Virus record (IMG/VR): IMGVR_UViG_3300042987_002978
Span: 40,852-104,851 of that record
Source of the DNA: a virus
Strand: one strand, 5' to 3'
DNA length: 64,000 bases
Under the pieces are notes generated by a model that saw only the letters and a list, made by a program, of their open reading frames with translations, made no database searches and was not told where the DNA came from. Both the position numbers and the translations under genes were made by a program. This document shows, one piece after another, positions 46,916-55,474 of the stretch (the stretch's first letter is position 1; each line of letters starts with the position of its first letter).

Positions 46916-47335
46916 TCAGAACGACTCGTCGTCCCAGGAAGCGTTGCCCTTCGGGGCTGGCTTCTGCTGTTGCGCCTGCTGGCCGGTCTTGTTGATTCCG
47001 GTCACTTGGGCTTTGCGCAGGGAAACACCGATGTCATCGGCGACCAAGACGACCTTGGACTGCTTCTGACCTTCCTTGTTCTCCCAACTTTGCTGTTCCA
47101 GCCTGCCAGAAACGATTACTCGCGAGCCCTTGGAAAGGCTTTGAGCAACGTTGTCTGCCAGTTCGCCCCAAGCATTGACGTCGAAAAAGGAGACTTCCTC
47201 TTCCCATTCATCTTGCTTGTTCTTCCAGCGACGGTTGACTGCCACGCCAACCTTGAGGACACTGCTCCCCGTCTTGGTGGTCTTGATTTCGGGCTCTGCA
47301 GTGAGATTCCCGACCACCGTTACTTGTGCTGTCAT
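46916..47335 (-). CDS. ssb: Single-stranded DNA-binding protein
   Basis: VVGNLTAEPE..AENVA-like LADNVAQSLSKGSRVIVSGRLEQ..IGVSL. Acidic aromatic tail WDDESF. Confidence 0.95.
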   Translation of the reverse strand: MTAQVTVVGNLTAEPEIKTTKTGSSVLKVGVAVNRRWKNKQDEWEEEVSFFDVNAWGELADNVAQSLSKGSRVIVSGRLEQQSWENKEGQKQSKVVLVADDIGVSLRKAQVTGINKTGQQAQQQKPAPKGNASWDDESF

Positions 47336-47358
47336 ATTTTCTCCTATGTACCTGATGT

Positions 47359-47895
47359 TTATTGTTGGCCGGCTTCCAGTTCCAGCATGAACCAGTCGCT
47401 CATCCACATGACTGCAATCACGGAATAACCGCAAATGTCTAGCCATGTGTCGTGCAACGGTTCAAACAGGACCGGACCATCGTGCTTTTGGATGTTCTTG
47501 AGCCTCTCTAATTTGTCGTTAAGACGAATTACGAGCCCCGGAACCCCGAAGCGTGCAATGTTGCCGTGTCCGTACATCCGCTGCTTGCCAATCACGGTTT
47601 GCAGCAGTTGTATTCCCGCCTGGTCGACGGAAACCTTTGTTTCGTTGGAATAGCCGATGATTCCATTGGCCGCCAACGAACAGAACATATTTCTACGCAC
47701 GAAATCCGTGCCTGGGACCTCAGAATGAAAAACATCGTCGACCAATTGCTCAAAGACGCTCACGATGTTCGTTTGGCATGTTGCTGTTTCCAGCACGCCG
47801 TTGTGGTTCAAGCGCGAAGCATCGAGCATCGCGTCAACTATGACTCGCGACGCGGCTTGGTTCCACGTCGTTGGTTCTGTTTGGATACTGCTCAT
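47359..47895 (-). CDS. Nucleotide-modification-associated domain 1 (DUF1599-like) protein
   Basis: KQ..YG..NI..G..G..IRL.DKL.RL.N..E...DTW.D..GY..I. Confidence 0.72.
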   Translation of the reverse strand: MSSIQTEPTTWNQAASRVIVDAMLDASRLNHNGVLETATCQTNIVSVFEQLVDDVFHSEVPGTDFVRRNMFCSLAANGIIGYSNETKVSVDQAGIQLLQTVIGKQRMYGHGNIARFGVPGLVIRLNDKLERLKNIQKHDGPVLFEPLHDTWLDICGYSVIAVMWMSDWFMLELEAGQQ

Positions 47896-48665
47896 CGTTG
47901 CCTTTCGTGGGTTATTGGTGCGAGCATTGCCGTCTTGGATTGACGCGCTTCCCATTCAAAGGTTCTGCGCAGGGCGAGGAAAGTCTCAAATATGTCGTCC
48001 TCTATGCGCAGCGGGAACATGCCCCACTTGTCCGGCCTCAGCCATAGCGCGGCGGCTTGCTCAACCTGCGGCATGGGAATCTCGTCGTCGCCGTCGAACA
48101 TGACATCGGCACGAGAGTAGGCAGCCAACTGAAGCGCCACCTTCGCGCTGATTCCAGAACGCGTGGTCTTGAAGTCCAGTAAGGTCACCTTGTCCCTGAT
48201 GCGGGCAATGGCGTCGAACGAACCTGCGTAAAGATGCGTGACGGAGAAAACCGACTTTTCGACGTGCAACCACTCTGGTTCGTATTCAACACAGAATTGG
48301 TCGAAGTTTTGAATGAACGGCTCAAGGTCATGGTCGTAAGTCGCGGAAGGGTCGGCGATTCTGTTCTCAATCGCCTTGTGCACGCGGTCTCCGGTATCCG
48401 CAGCAACGGACAATTCTCGCTCCGGAGCAGCCTTGAGCCACAAGCGTGCTTTCTCTTGCTTGTTGGCCATAATGAGTTCGTTTACGTATTCGATGTTGTC
48501 CACCGCCGCATTCGCCGTCACCTTGCTGTTCCACTGCCGGAGAAATGGCGCGGGAAGCATGTCAATTATTGAAGTCACCGATGGTGCCGACAAATTCTTG
48601 ATGTTCGGGTGTTTGTAGTACCGATATCCGTTGACCGTTACGGTCTGAACTTTTGGATTCGTCAT
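47892..48665 (-). CDS. PD-(D/E)XK exonuclease (RecB/lambda-exo-like)
   Basis: PSVTSII, G..VH, YAGSFD, DFKT, QLAAY. Confidence 0.88.
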   Translation of the reverse strand: MTNPKVQTVTVNGYRYYKHPNIKNLSAPSVTSIIDMLPAPFLRQWNSKVTANAAVDNIEYVNELIMANKQEKARLWLKAAPERELSVAADTGDRVHKAIENRIADPSATYDHDLEPFIQNFDQFCVEYEPEWLHVEKSVFSVTHLYAGSFDAIARIRDKVTLLDFKTTRSGISAKVALQLAAYSRADVMFDGDDEIPMPQVEQAAALWLRPDKWGMFPLRIEDDIFETFLALRRTFEWEARQSKTAMLAPITHERQR

Positions 48666-48931
48666 TAGAAGTTTTGTGCCTGTTCCTTGAGCCACTCTTT
48701 GTAAGCGGCCCAATTGTCTGTGTACCTGTATGTTGCGTCCATCACTATATCAGGGTCTTGGCGTTCGTACAACTCCGTGCCCATGGAAAGAACGATGAAT
48801 CGTGGAGTCGGGAAAACCACTCCGAATTTTTGACCGTCGTATTTTCCGCCTACGAGGTCAATCTCGCACTTTGTCTCTGTCTTGTTTTTCGACGTGGCTT
48901 TCTGACGCGTCGTCTTGTTTTTTGACGTCAC
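48665..48931 (-). CDS. Hypothetical protein
   Basis: L.GG.YDG motif. Translationally coupled. Confidence 0.65.
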   Translation of the reverse strand: MTSKNKTTRQKATSKNKTETKCEIDLVGGKYDGQKFGVVFPTPRFIVLSMGTELYERQDPDIVMDATYRYTDNWAAYKEWLKEQAQNF

Positions 48932-49266
48932 TGCTGATTGGTGGCCTTCAAAACTTCCTCGAACAGTTCCTTGAGTTTTTTGACGCTTGTCTGGTAATCG
49001 TCAGCAAAGCCTTTGTCCAAAACGATTGAGTCGGTCTCATCGTCAATGGTCATCATTTCCTGCATGACCTCAAGTTTCTCGATGGTGGCGCGAATCTGCT
49101 TCATGTGCGAAGTGAGGTGCTTGGAAAGGGCGGCAATCTTGTCCCTGTTTATGTTTGCACTCGGCCTTGTCACTGTTATCGCTTGGTCCCGGCCACCGAG
49201 TTGGCTCCCGAATACCTGGAAGGGCTTGTTCGGGTCACCCAAGTCAATTCCTGAAATTTTGGACAT
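48928..49266 (-). CDS. Hypothetical coiled-coil protein
   Basis: GGAGG RBS. Translationally coupled. Confidence 0.65.
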   Translation of the reverse strand: MSKISGIDLGDPNKPFQVFGSQLGGRDQAITVTRPSANINRDKIAALSKHLTSHMKQIRATIEKLEVMQEMMTIDDETDSIVLDKGFADDYQTSVKKLKELFEEVLKATNQQ

Positions 49267-49736
49267 CAGTCCTCCAATTTGTCGTACTTATCACTATACA
49301 GCATTTCCATCACTTGATTCGGCTCAATCAGGAATCCCCTGGAGGGATTGTCGCTGCCGGCGGCGAACATTTTCTTGGTCTGCTCATTGAAGAGTTCGCG
49401 ATTCTTCCTTAGATATCGCTTCAAACGCTCGACGGAAACTACGACCATTGATTGATGGATTGAATAAACATAAATCCACCACGTTGCCTTGGTGACGTTT
49501 ATCCCGCTTGGCACCCATATTCTGTGGCCGAAAACATCGGTTGCGCCCTTTGGATTCTGATTGGTTTCTACGGCCATTCTGCCGTTGCGGTATCTGTCTG
49601 TTTTTACTTCTGCAGAACCCTGTATTACCGCGTTGTAAAAATCATGGACGAATTTCTCGCCTTGCTCGCCGAAGGCTAGGTCCTTTGCAAAATTGAACGA
49701 GTTGACCGGTATGTCAAATTCCTTGTTGTATGGCAT
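49266..49736 (-). CDS. Restriction-endonuclease-fold (PD-(D/E)XK-like) protein
   Basis: DL.FG..GE..EVKTD..G...VE..PSGI..T.A.WW. Confidence 0.6.
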   Translation of the reverse strand: MPYNKEFDIPVNSFNFAKDLAFGEQGEKFVHDFYNAVIQGSAEVKTDRYRNGRMAVETNQNPKGATDVFGHRIWVPSGINVTKATWWIYVYSIHQSMVVVSVERLKRYLRKNRELFNEQTKKMFAAGSDNPSRGFLIEPNQVMEMLYSDKYDKLED

Positions 49737-49998
49737 CGGTCTCCTGATTGTATGTCCATTGCGCGGCAAGAAATCTCTCGATGTCTACCGCTATTTTTGG
49801 CTTGATTTCACCTTGTGTGATGGTTATTGATTTTGCAAACTCATCTGCTATCAGTTTCCACGTTTCGATTTCGTCTATCGCATCGCGCAAAACAGTGGAA
49901 TGAATCTTGACAGTAAATTCAGAATTTGCCTCTTCTGACATTTCGATTGTTTCAGCGAGGACTTCTAGCGTCTCCTTGATTTTGTCGTGTTTGTTCAT
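49714..49998 (-). CDS. Hypothetical protein (94 aa)
   Basis: First gene after the promoter at 50011-50039. Confidence 0.6.
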   Translation of the reverse strand: MNKHDKIKETLEVLAETIEMSEEANSEFTVKIHSTVLRDAIDEIETWKLIADEFAKSITITQGEIKPKIAVDIERFLAAQWTYNQETDAIQQGI

Positions 49999-50002
49999 TT
50001 CT

Positions 50003-50039
50003 TTATCCACAGCATAACGTATCGTTGTCCACAGGTCAA
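50003..50039 (-). promoter_or_regulatory. Promoter TTGACC-N17-TATGCT overlapped by two DnaA boxes
   Basis: TTATCCACA at 50003-50011 and TTGTCCACA at 50025-50033. Confidence 0.7.
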
Positions 50040-50395
50040 CGTTTGTCGCCGCTCCCGCCAATCTTTCCACGCTCCAAGCGAGACTCAAGTTTCTTTAAAT
50101 TATCGATAGCGATGACGCTGAGGTTTGTATCAAGACATTTCGCCAGTTGTGCGCAATACCAAAGCACGTCTCCGATTTCAGCGGCCATATCCTGCTTTGC
50201 CTCATCCGTGATGATTCCCGCCTTATCGCGAATAATCTTCTTGTACTTTCCGGCCACTTCGCCGGCTTCCGAAGCAAGACCAAGAACTAAATACTCAATC
50301 GCCCTTTCGTCTGGGTATTTGGCCGTCAGGCCAGACCTGAATTGATAGTGGTTGAAATCCATAAAAGCCTGTTCGTCGAAAGAATTCACGTCCAT
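50036..50395 (-). CDS. mazG: MazG-like nucleoside triphosphate pyrophosphohydrolase
   Basis: LGLASEAGEVA..KK..RD..EIGDVLWY..N..KL..R. Leaderless (TATGAT-N6-ATG). Confidence 0.88.
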   Translation of the reverse strand: MDVNSFDEQAFMDFNHYQFRSGLTAKYPDERAIEYLVLGLASEAGEVAGKYKKIIRDKAGIITDEAKQDMAAEIGDVLWYCAQLAKCLDTNLSVIAIDNLKKLESRLERGKIGGSGDKR

Positions 50396-50489
50396 AAAGA
50401 AATCATAGCCGCATACACAAAGATTAGACGACCAAACTCATTAGCCTGCACTAACCTACTCGGCTCAAACTCATACGGAAGGTTACTTT

Positions 50490-52415
50490 ATGACATTGCT
50501 AGACCAATCCTTTGTGGACTCCTATTCCCAAAAACGCGCCCCATGGGGCTTCAACGGCATGGGTGAAATCGTTTTCTTGAGGACGTACAGTCGCAAGAAG
50601 GAGAACGGCGACAATGAGACTTGGACTGAGACTCTTCAGCGCGTGGTTAACGGTGCTCACGAAATTGGAGTCGAGTACACGAAAGAGGAAGCAGAGGCGC
50701 TCTTCGACCACATGTTCAATCTGCGCTGCTCATTCTCCGGCCGAGCACTTTGGCAACTTGGAACGCCGCTCGTTCAGAAATTCAATGGGTCGTCGCTGAA
50801 CAACTGCTACTTCACAAACATCGAAAAGATTGAGGATTTCGAACTGTTGTTTGAATACCTGATGCTGGGTGGCGGGGTCGGCTTCTCTGTTGAGCGAGCC
50901 AAGATTCACGACCTTCCCAAGGTCAAGTCTGGTGTAGCAATCACCCATGAGCGCAGCAACGACGCCGACATCATTGTCCCGGATTCGCGCCACGGTTGGA
51001 AGCGTCTGCTTCATGCTGTGCTGAAGTCATACTTTGAGACCGGCAAGTCTTTCTCTTACTCCACGATTCTCATCCGCGAGTATGGAGCGCCGCTCAAGAC
51101 GTTCGGCGGTACTGCTTCTGGTCCTGGTGCTCTCATTGACGGCATCGCCGACATCTGCAAAGTTCTTGACGGACGAGTGGGCAAGAAACTCCGCTCAATC
51201 GACGTGTTGGACATCTGCAACATCATCGGCCGTATCGTCGTCTCTGGCTCTTCGCGTCGCTCTGCGCAGATTGCGATGGGCGACCCCGACGACGTACTAT
51301 TCCTTCGTGCCAAGAATTGGGCTACCGGCTCGATTCCCGCATGGCGCGCGAACAGTAACAACAGCATCTACGCAGATTCGTACGACGAAATCATGCCAGA
51401 ACTCTGGAAGGGCTACGACGGCTCTGGTGAGCCGTACGGCCTGCTTAATCGAAAGTTGGCTCGCAGCGTCGGTCGCCTTGGCGAGAAGAACCCGGACCCT
51501 TCAATCGAGGGTTTCAACCCGTGCGCAGAAATTGCGTTGGCTGACGGAGAATCGTGCAACTTGGCGACCATCTATCTCCCGAACGTCGAGAGTCTTGAAC
51601 AACTGAAGGAAATTTCTATCCTTCTCTACAAGGTCCAAAAGCAAATCACGCGCTTGACCTACCCTTACGAGAAGACGACAAACATCGTCAAGAAGAACGC
51701 ACGATTGGGTCAAAATGTGACCGGAATCTTGCAGGTTTCCGCGGACAAGATTGAGTGGTTGGACGAGGCATACAAGAACCTTGCGGCCTTCGACAAGAAA
51801 TACTCGAAGGAAAAGGGTTGGCCGACATCGGTCCGTCTGACCACAGTTCAGCCGTCAGGAACCCTGTCATTGCTGCCCGGAGTCACCCCAGGAATCCACC
51901 CTGCTTTTGCGCAGTACTACGTGCGTCGCGTGCGCTTCGGCTCCGCTGACCCGCTCGTGGATGCTTGCCGCCGTCGCGGCTACAAGGTCCAGTGGGACAT
52001 CGGCCTGGACGGTCGCGAGGACCACACGCGTTATGTCGTGGACTTCCCGTGCATGTCGCCGGAAGGCTCGGTCCTTGCTACCTCAATGACTGCAGTGGAG
52101 CAGTTGGAGTGGGTCAAGACGATGCAGACCGTCTGGGCGGACAATGCCGTTTCGGTGACTGTGTATTACCGCAAAGAGGAACTGCCCTCAATCAAAGAGT
52201 GGCTGGAAAAGAATTATGACGACGGGGTCAAGTCCGTGTCGTTCTTGCTCCACAGCGACCACAACTTCCCGCTTCCTCCGTACGAAGCGTGCTCAAAAGA
52301 GGACTATGAAAAGATGCTCGCAAGCATTGACTTCACCGTTCCACTTCAGCAGAAGTCGTTCGACGGTGAACTGGACTTGGACGCCTGCGCAACGGGCGCT
52401 TGCCCAATCAAGTAG
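50490..52415 (+). CDS. nrdJ: Class II (AdoCbl-dependent) ribonucleotide reductase, monomeric RTPR type
   Basis: RTYSR, LNNC, RRSAQI, NPCAEI, ESCNL, TTVQPSGTLSLL, C-terminal CATGACP. Confidence 0.93.
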   Translation: MTLLDQSFVDSYSQKRAPWGFNGMGEIVFLRTYSRKKENGDNETWTETLQRVVNGAHEIGVEYTKEEAEALFDHMFNLRCSFSGRALWQLGTPLVQKFNGSSLNNCYFTNIEKIEDFELLFEYLMLGGGVGFSVERAKIHDLPKVKSGVAITHERSNDADIIVPDSRHGWKRLLHAVLKSYFETGKSFSYSTILIREYGAPLKTFGGTASGPGALIDGIADICKVLDGRVGKKLRSIDVLDICNIIGRIVVSGSSRRSAQIAMGDPDDVLFLRAKNWATGSIPAWRANSNNSIYADSYDEIMPELWKGYDGSGEPYGLLNRKLARSVGRLGEKNPDPSIEGFNPCAEIALADGESCNLATIYLPNVESLEQLKEISILLYKVQKQITRLTYPYEKTTNIVKKNARLGQNVTGILQVSADKIEWLDEAYKNLAAFDKKYSKEKGWPTSVRLTTVQPSGTLSLLPGVTPGIHPAFAQYYVRRVRFGSADPLVDACRRRGYKVQWDIGLDGREDHTRYVVDFPCMSPEGSVLATSMTAVEQLEWVKTMQTVWADNAVSVTVYYRKEELPSIKEWLEKNYDDGVKSVSFLLHSDHNFPLPPYEACSKEDYEKMLASIDFTVPLQQKSFDGELDLDACATGACPIK

Positions 52416-53570
52416 TTACGGACGACCTGGCGAATAGCGCTGGGGAATCCACATCAACTGGTTGCCGGTGTTGACGCAAACATACGGAACGCCGTAGAAA
52501 CGCGTGCGTTCGGCCGGGTTGGAGCACGACAATTCCAATGGCTGCGGTTGTGGTGTAGCGGTGGTGGTTGTGACCCTCTGAACGACTGTCGTCGTCGTGA
52601 CAACAGTGGTCGGTACTGGAGTCACGACGGTCGTTGTCGTGGTCGGCGCAACTGGCTGATTTGAAAAATACGAATAGGCGAGAAGGTTTGGGCTTCCTGC
52701 GCCAATATTGAACAATGCGCCGGCGGTGGCGTTTGCTTTAAGTCTTTCCTCGACCTGCGACTGAGTCAACGATGGATTTTCCTGCAGCATGAGCGCAGCG
52801 ATACCGCTAACGATTGGTGCTGCATTTGATGTGCCGCTGCTCGAACGGTAGACGTTCGTTCCGCCTGTCCACGCACCGACAAGGTCCCAGCCCGGAGCAA
52901 ACAAGTCGACACATGTGCCGAAATTCGATTGAGTGCCGCGCAGTTCTGTCTTGTCTGTTCCGCCGACAGAAATGATTGACGGCTCTGACGCGGGCGAGTA
53001 CAAACAGGCATCTTTTGCTTGGTTGCCTGCAGCACCTACGACGATGAGGCCATCAGCAATCAGTCTGCGTACTGCTTCGTTGAATGCTTCTGATTTCGGC
53101 ATTCCCACGCTCATATTCACAACTGCCGGAACTCCGGCTTGGTGATGCTCGATAATCCAGTCGAAAGCGGGATAAAGAGTCGCGCTGGAGGAGTTGCTGT
53201 TACTGCAATTCAGCACACGAACAGGAATGAGTCTCACGTTCTTCGCCACACCATACGTCTTGCCACCAACAAGACTTGCCGTGTGTGTCCCGTGACCGGC
53301 GCAGTCTTCCGAGCCAAGTCCGTCTGTTATGACACTGAAACCTGCGTCTACTCGACCTTCAAAGTCTTCGTGGATGGAGTTTATTCCAGAATCGAACACG
53401 TACACATTCACACCAGCGCCAGTGAGGTTGTAGGTGTACGTATCGTTTAGCGCAGCGTCTCTCTGGTCGATTCTGTCCAAACCCCATGTGGGTCGATAAC
53501 CGTTGTCATTTACAAGAGGCTGGGAGACCAGCGATGTGGCAGCGACGAATATTGACAGTATGTATTTCAT
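52416..53570 (-). CDS. Secreted S8 subtilase (proteinase K/aqualysin-like) with Thr-rich tail
   Basis: Signal peptide, WGLDRIDQR, triad DSG / HGTH / GTS. Confidence 0.92.
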   Translation of the reverse strand: MKYILSIFVAATSLVSQPLVNDNGYRPTWGLDRIDQRDAALNDTYTYNLTGAGVNVYVFDSGINSIHEDFEGRVDAGFSVITDGLGSEDCAGHGTHTASLVGGKTYGVAKNVRLIPVRVLNCSNSNSSSATLYPAFDWIIEHHQAGVPAVVNMSVGMPKSEAFNEAVRRLIADGLIVVGAAGNQAKDACLYSPASEPSIISVGGTDKTELRGTQSNFGTCVDLFAPGWDLVGAWTGGTNVYRSSSGTSNAAPIVSGIAALMLQENPSLTQSQVEERLKANATAGALFNIGAGSPNLLAYSYFSNQPVAPTTTTTVVTPVPTTVVTTTTVVQRVTTTTATPQPQPLELSCSNPAERTRFYGVPYVCVNTGNQLMWIPQRYSPGRP

Positions 53571-53608
53571 TTGGTTTAACCTTTCAATTGGTTAAACCAT
53601 TGTACCGC

Positions 53609-54184
53609 CTATTTGGCGTTGCGGCACAAAATTGCAAAATGCCATTTCCAGTGGCCCACAATCGGCCAAGGAATGCCGTCGTTCAGCCACCCCTTCATGT
53701 GGGGGCTCTGCGGAATGACGTTGAAAACATCGATTATTTCGCTGAAACCAGTACTGGAAAGTAATTTTGCGACTCTGTCGTTGTGGCAATTCCAATGGTG
53801 ATGCGCTCCGTCCCACCAGTCATATTCTCTTCCTGGCTGCAGATTTAAATCCTGATGTTCTAGCGCTGCCAACAAAATATGCCTTGGTTCTTGGCCCGTC
53901 GCATATCTATCGATTGTTCTGAAAATGTCAGGTCCGCAAACCAAGAATTGGGCGTTTGGTTTGGCAACCCGTTTCATATCGTAAAGAAATGCCGGCACTT
54001 CCTTCCACGGAATGTGCTCAAGAACATGTCCAAGAAATACGGCGTCAAAAGTGTCATCTTCGAATGGATACGGCTGACCAGGCTCAACCCTTATGTCCGG
54101 CTTTGTCTCGTCGTTTTCCCAGACGTCGGTGTTGACCCAACCCTGCGCGTAGTGCGTTCCACACCCTGCGTTAAGAAATTTCAT
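53609..54184 (-). CDS. Class I SAM-dependent methyltransferase
   Basis: LNAGCG, PFEDDTFD, HVLEHI, RV.KP. Confidence 0.85.
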   Translation of the reverse strand: MKFLNAGCGTHYAQGWVNTDVWENDETKPDIRVEPGQPYPFEDDTFDAVFLGHVLEHIPWKEVPAFLYDMKRVAKPNAQFLVCGPDIFRTIDRYATGQEPRHILLAALEHQDLNLQPGREYDWWDGAHHHWNCHNDRVAKLLSSTGFSEIIDVFNVIPQSPHMKGWLNDGIPWPIVGHWKWHFAILCRNAK

Positions 54185-54465
54185 TTCTTCTTTCTAGCAG
54201 CAACTTTCTTGGTTGTGCGGGACTGTTTCGGCGCGTGCCAAACGGTCTCGTGGTGGGAAATTGCCTCGCGGACCGCGTCAATCTTCTCGCCGAGTTCCCT
54301 GACCGACTGAAGCATTTCGCTTTTTGCGTCGTCAACCTTGTCCCCAAGGGCATTGTGGTCAGCAGTGTTCTTTTTATATGCCCAAACTGCCGCACCCCAA
54401 GTAACGGCAAACGCCAGGGTCACTCCAAAATTTGTGTTGAGAAAATCGTCGAGCGTCATACTCAC
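54181..54465 (-). CDS. Membrane-anchored coiled-coil protein
   Basis: One TM segment, a coiled coil and a basic tail. Confidence 0.65.
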   Translation of the reverse strand: MSMTLDDFLNTNFGVTLAFAVTWGAAVWAYKKNTADHNALGDKVDDAKSEMLQSVRELGEKIDAVREAISHHETVWHAPKQSRTTKKVAARKKK

Positions 54466-54572
54466 TCAACCTCGCATGTGCACGTGACACAATGGCATTT
54501 TTTGCTGCTCATCAATTTGCCGCATGTAAAGGCGACTGCTGCCAAAAGCACGCATCCGATGATACTAAGCAT
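54462..54572 (-). CDS. 36-aa hydrophobic peptide with CxCxxCxC tail (not in ORF track)
   Basis: MLSIIGCVLLAAVAFTCGKLMSSKKCHCVTCTCEVE. GAGGAG RBS. Overlaps both neighbours. Confidence 0.55.
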   Translation of the reverse strand: MLSIIGCVLLAAVAFTCGKLMSSKKCHCVTCTCEVE

Positions 54573-54840
54573 TTGTGCTCTCCTCTGTCGGTGATTGTTC
54601 TTTGTTGCGACCAGTTGAAATCATCAGGCCTGCGAGCGTACCCGTAATGAAGGTCGCCACCGACGACAACACCCCGAAAAACATCTTGTCATTTTCTGCC
54701 TGAACGCCGATGGGCTGAGCAACGAAGACCAAGGCGTAGAGAACGCCGATGGTAGTGATGGTGAGAACTCCGCCAAGAATGCAGCCAACAACGAACTTAA
54801 GTCTTGCATCTAGTTCCTCTGGTGTCATGCGGTTGCTCAC
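54565..54840 (-). CDS. 2-TM membrane protein
   Basis: TPEELDARLKF..LYALVFVAQP..ENDK.FF..ATFITGTLAG. GTGA overlap with the lipoprotein gene. Confidence 0.75.
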   Translation of the reverse strand: MSNRMTPEELDARLKFVVGCILGGVLTITTIGVLYALVFVAQPIGVQAENDKMFFGVLSSVATFITGTLAGLMISTGRNKEQSPTEESTNA

Positions 54841-55034
54841 GGTTGCTCCTCTTCGTAACCAACCAAGTCCTTCCAGCAGTCCCCGTTGACGTTGCACATC
54901 GGGGGATTGCATTCTGGATTTTCCCAATTCTCTGGGTCTTGGCACTCGTAACGATAACTTCCCTGATAACCGCACGCAGAGAGGGCGACAACACCGAGAG
55001 TGGCGAGAGTGAGTGCGATAACCCGTCTTTTCAT
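54837..55034 (-). CDS. Small Cys-rich lipoprotein
   Basis: Lipobox LSAC, then YRY.CQDP.NW..PEC.PP.C...G.C. Confidence 0.8.
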   Translation of the reverse strand: MKRRVIALTLATLGVVALSACGYQGSYRYECQDPENWENPECNPPMCNVNGDCWKDLVGYEEEQP

Positions 55035-55167
55035 GCGGGTCATTCTGACTTGACGAAATCGAATAGAAGTAGTTCTCATGACCACCCCATCTATCGCTAA
55101 CGAGCGGCGAAGAACCCGCGAGTTCTTGTCAATGGGGTGGAACGTTTGGGCAAATGATAGCGCAAAG

Positions 55168-55243
55168 TGCCCTCGGGTGGATTTGAACCACCGTGTCACC
55201 GCTACGGTTTCTACACCTTATAAGAGTGAGCCGATACGAGGGC
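55168..55243 (-). tRNA. Non-canonical tRNA-like gene, anticodon UAU (Ile), no normal D arm
   Basis: 7-bp acceptor GCCCTCG/CGAGGGC, T arm GGTGG-TTCAAAT-CCACC, anticodon loop CTTATAA, no encoded CCA. Confidence 0.75.
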
Positions 55244-55249
55244 TCGTTC

Positions 55250-55474
55250 TCAGAGTTTGGATATCGAGTCTTTTGTACCGGTGAACAACGACGCGATGTG
55301 CTTCGTGCGTTCGTCGCGCATCTCGTTGAGTTCGCTGACGACCTTCTTGATTTCGCGCTGGACCTTGCGGGGGCGAATCACTTTTTCATAAACCCATACA
55401 CCAGCAACCGCGATTGCCGAGTATGCAATGAGAAAGTAGATGTTCTTTGTGGCGAGTTTCCTTACTTGTTCCAT
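55250..55474 (-). CDS. Small single-TM protein
   Basis: 74 aa, hydrophobic helix followed by a coiled coil. Confidence 0.6.
   Translation of the reverse strand: MEQVRKLATKNIYFLIAYSAIAVAGVWVYEKVIRPRKVQREIKKVVSELNEMRDERTKHIASLFTGTKDSISKL

Noticed and set aside
47892-48665. Cas4-like adaptation nuclease
   Set aside because: It lacks the four Fe-S cysteines. It is an ordinary phage PD-(D/E)XK exonuclease next to ssb.
50396-52415. Cobalamin riboswitch, NrdR boxes or an intein at nrdJ
   Set aside because: The intergenic space is under 100 bp with no matching motif. The protein is normal length with no intein termini.
53609-54184. DNA methyltransferase
   Set aside because: There is no DPPY/NPPY or PC catalytic motif. 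It resembles small-molecule or glycan class I methyltransferases.
54565-55034. Two-component spanin
   Set aside because: The lipoprotein precedes a 2-TM protein with no long periplasmic coiled coil, the pair is far from the lysis genes, and the inferred host is probably monoderm.
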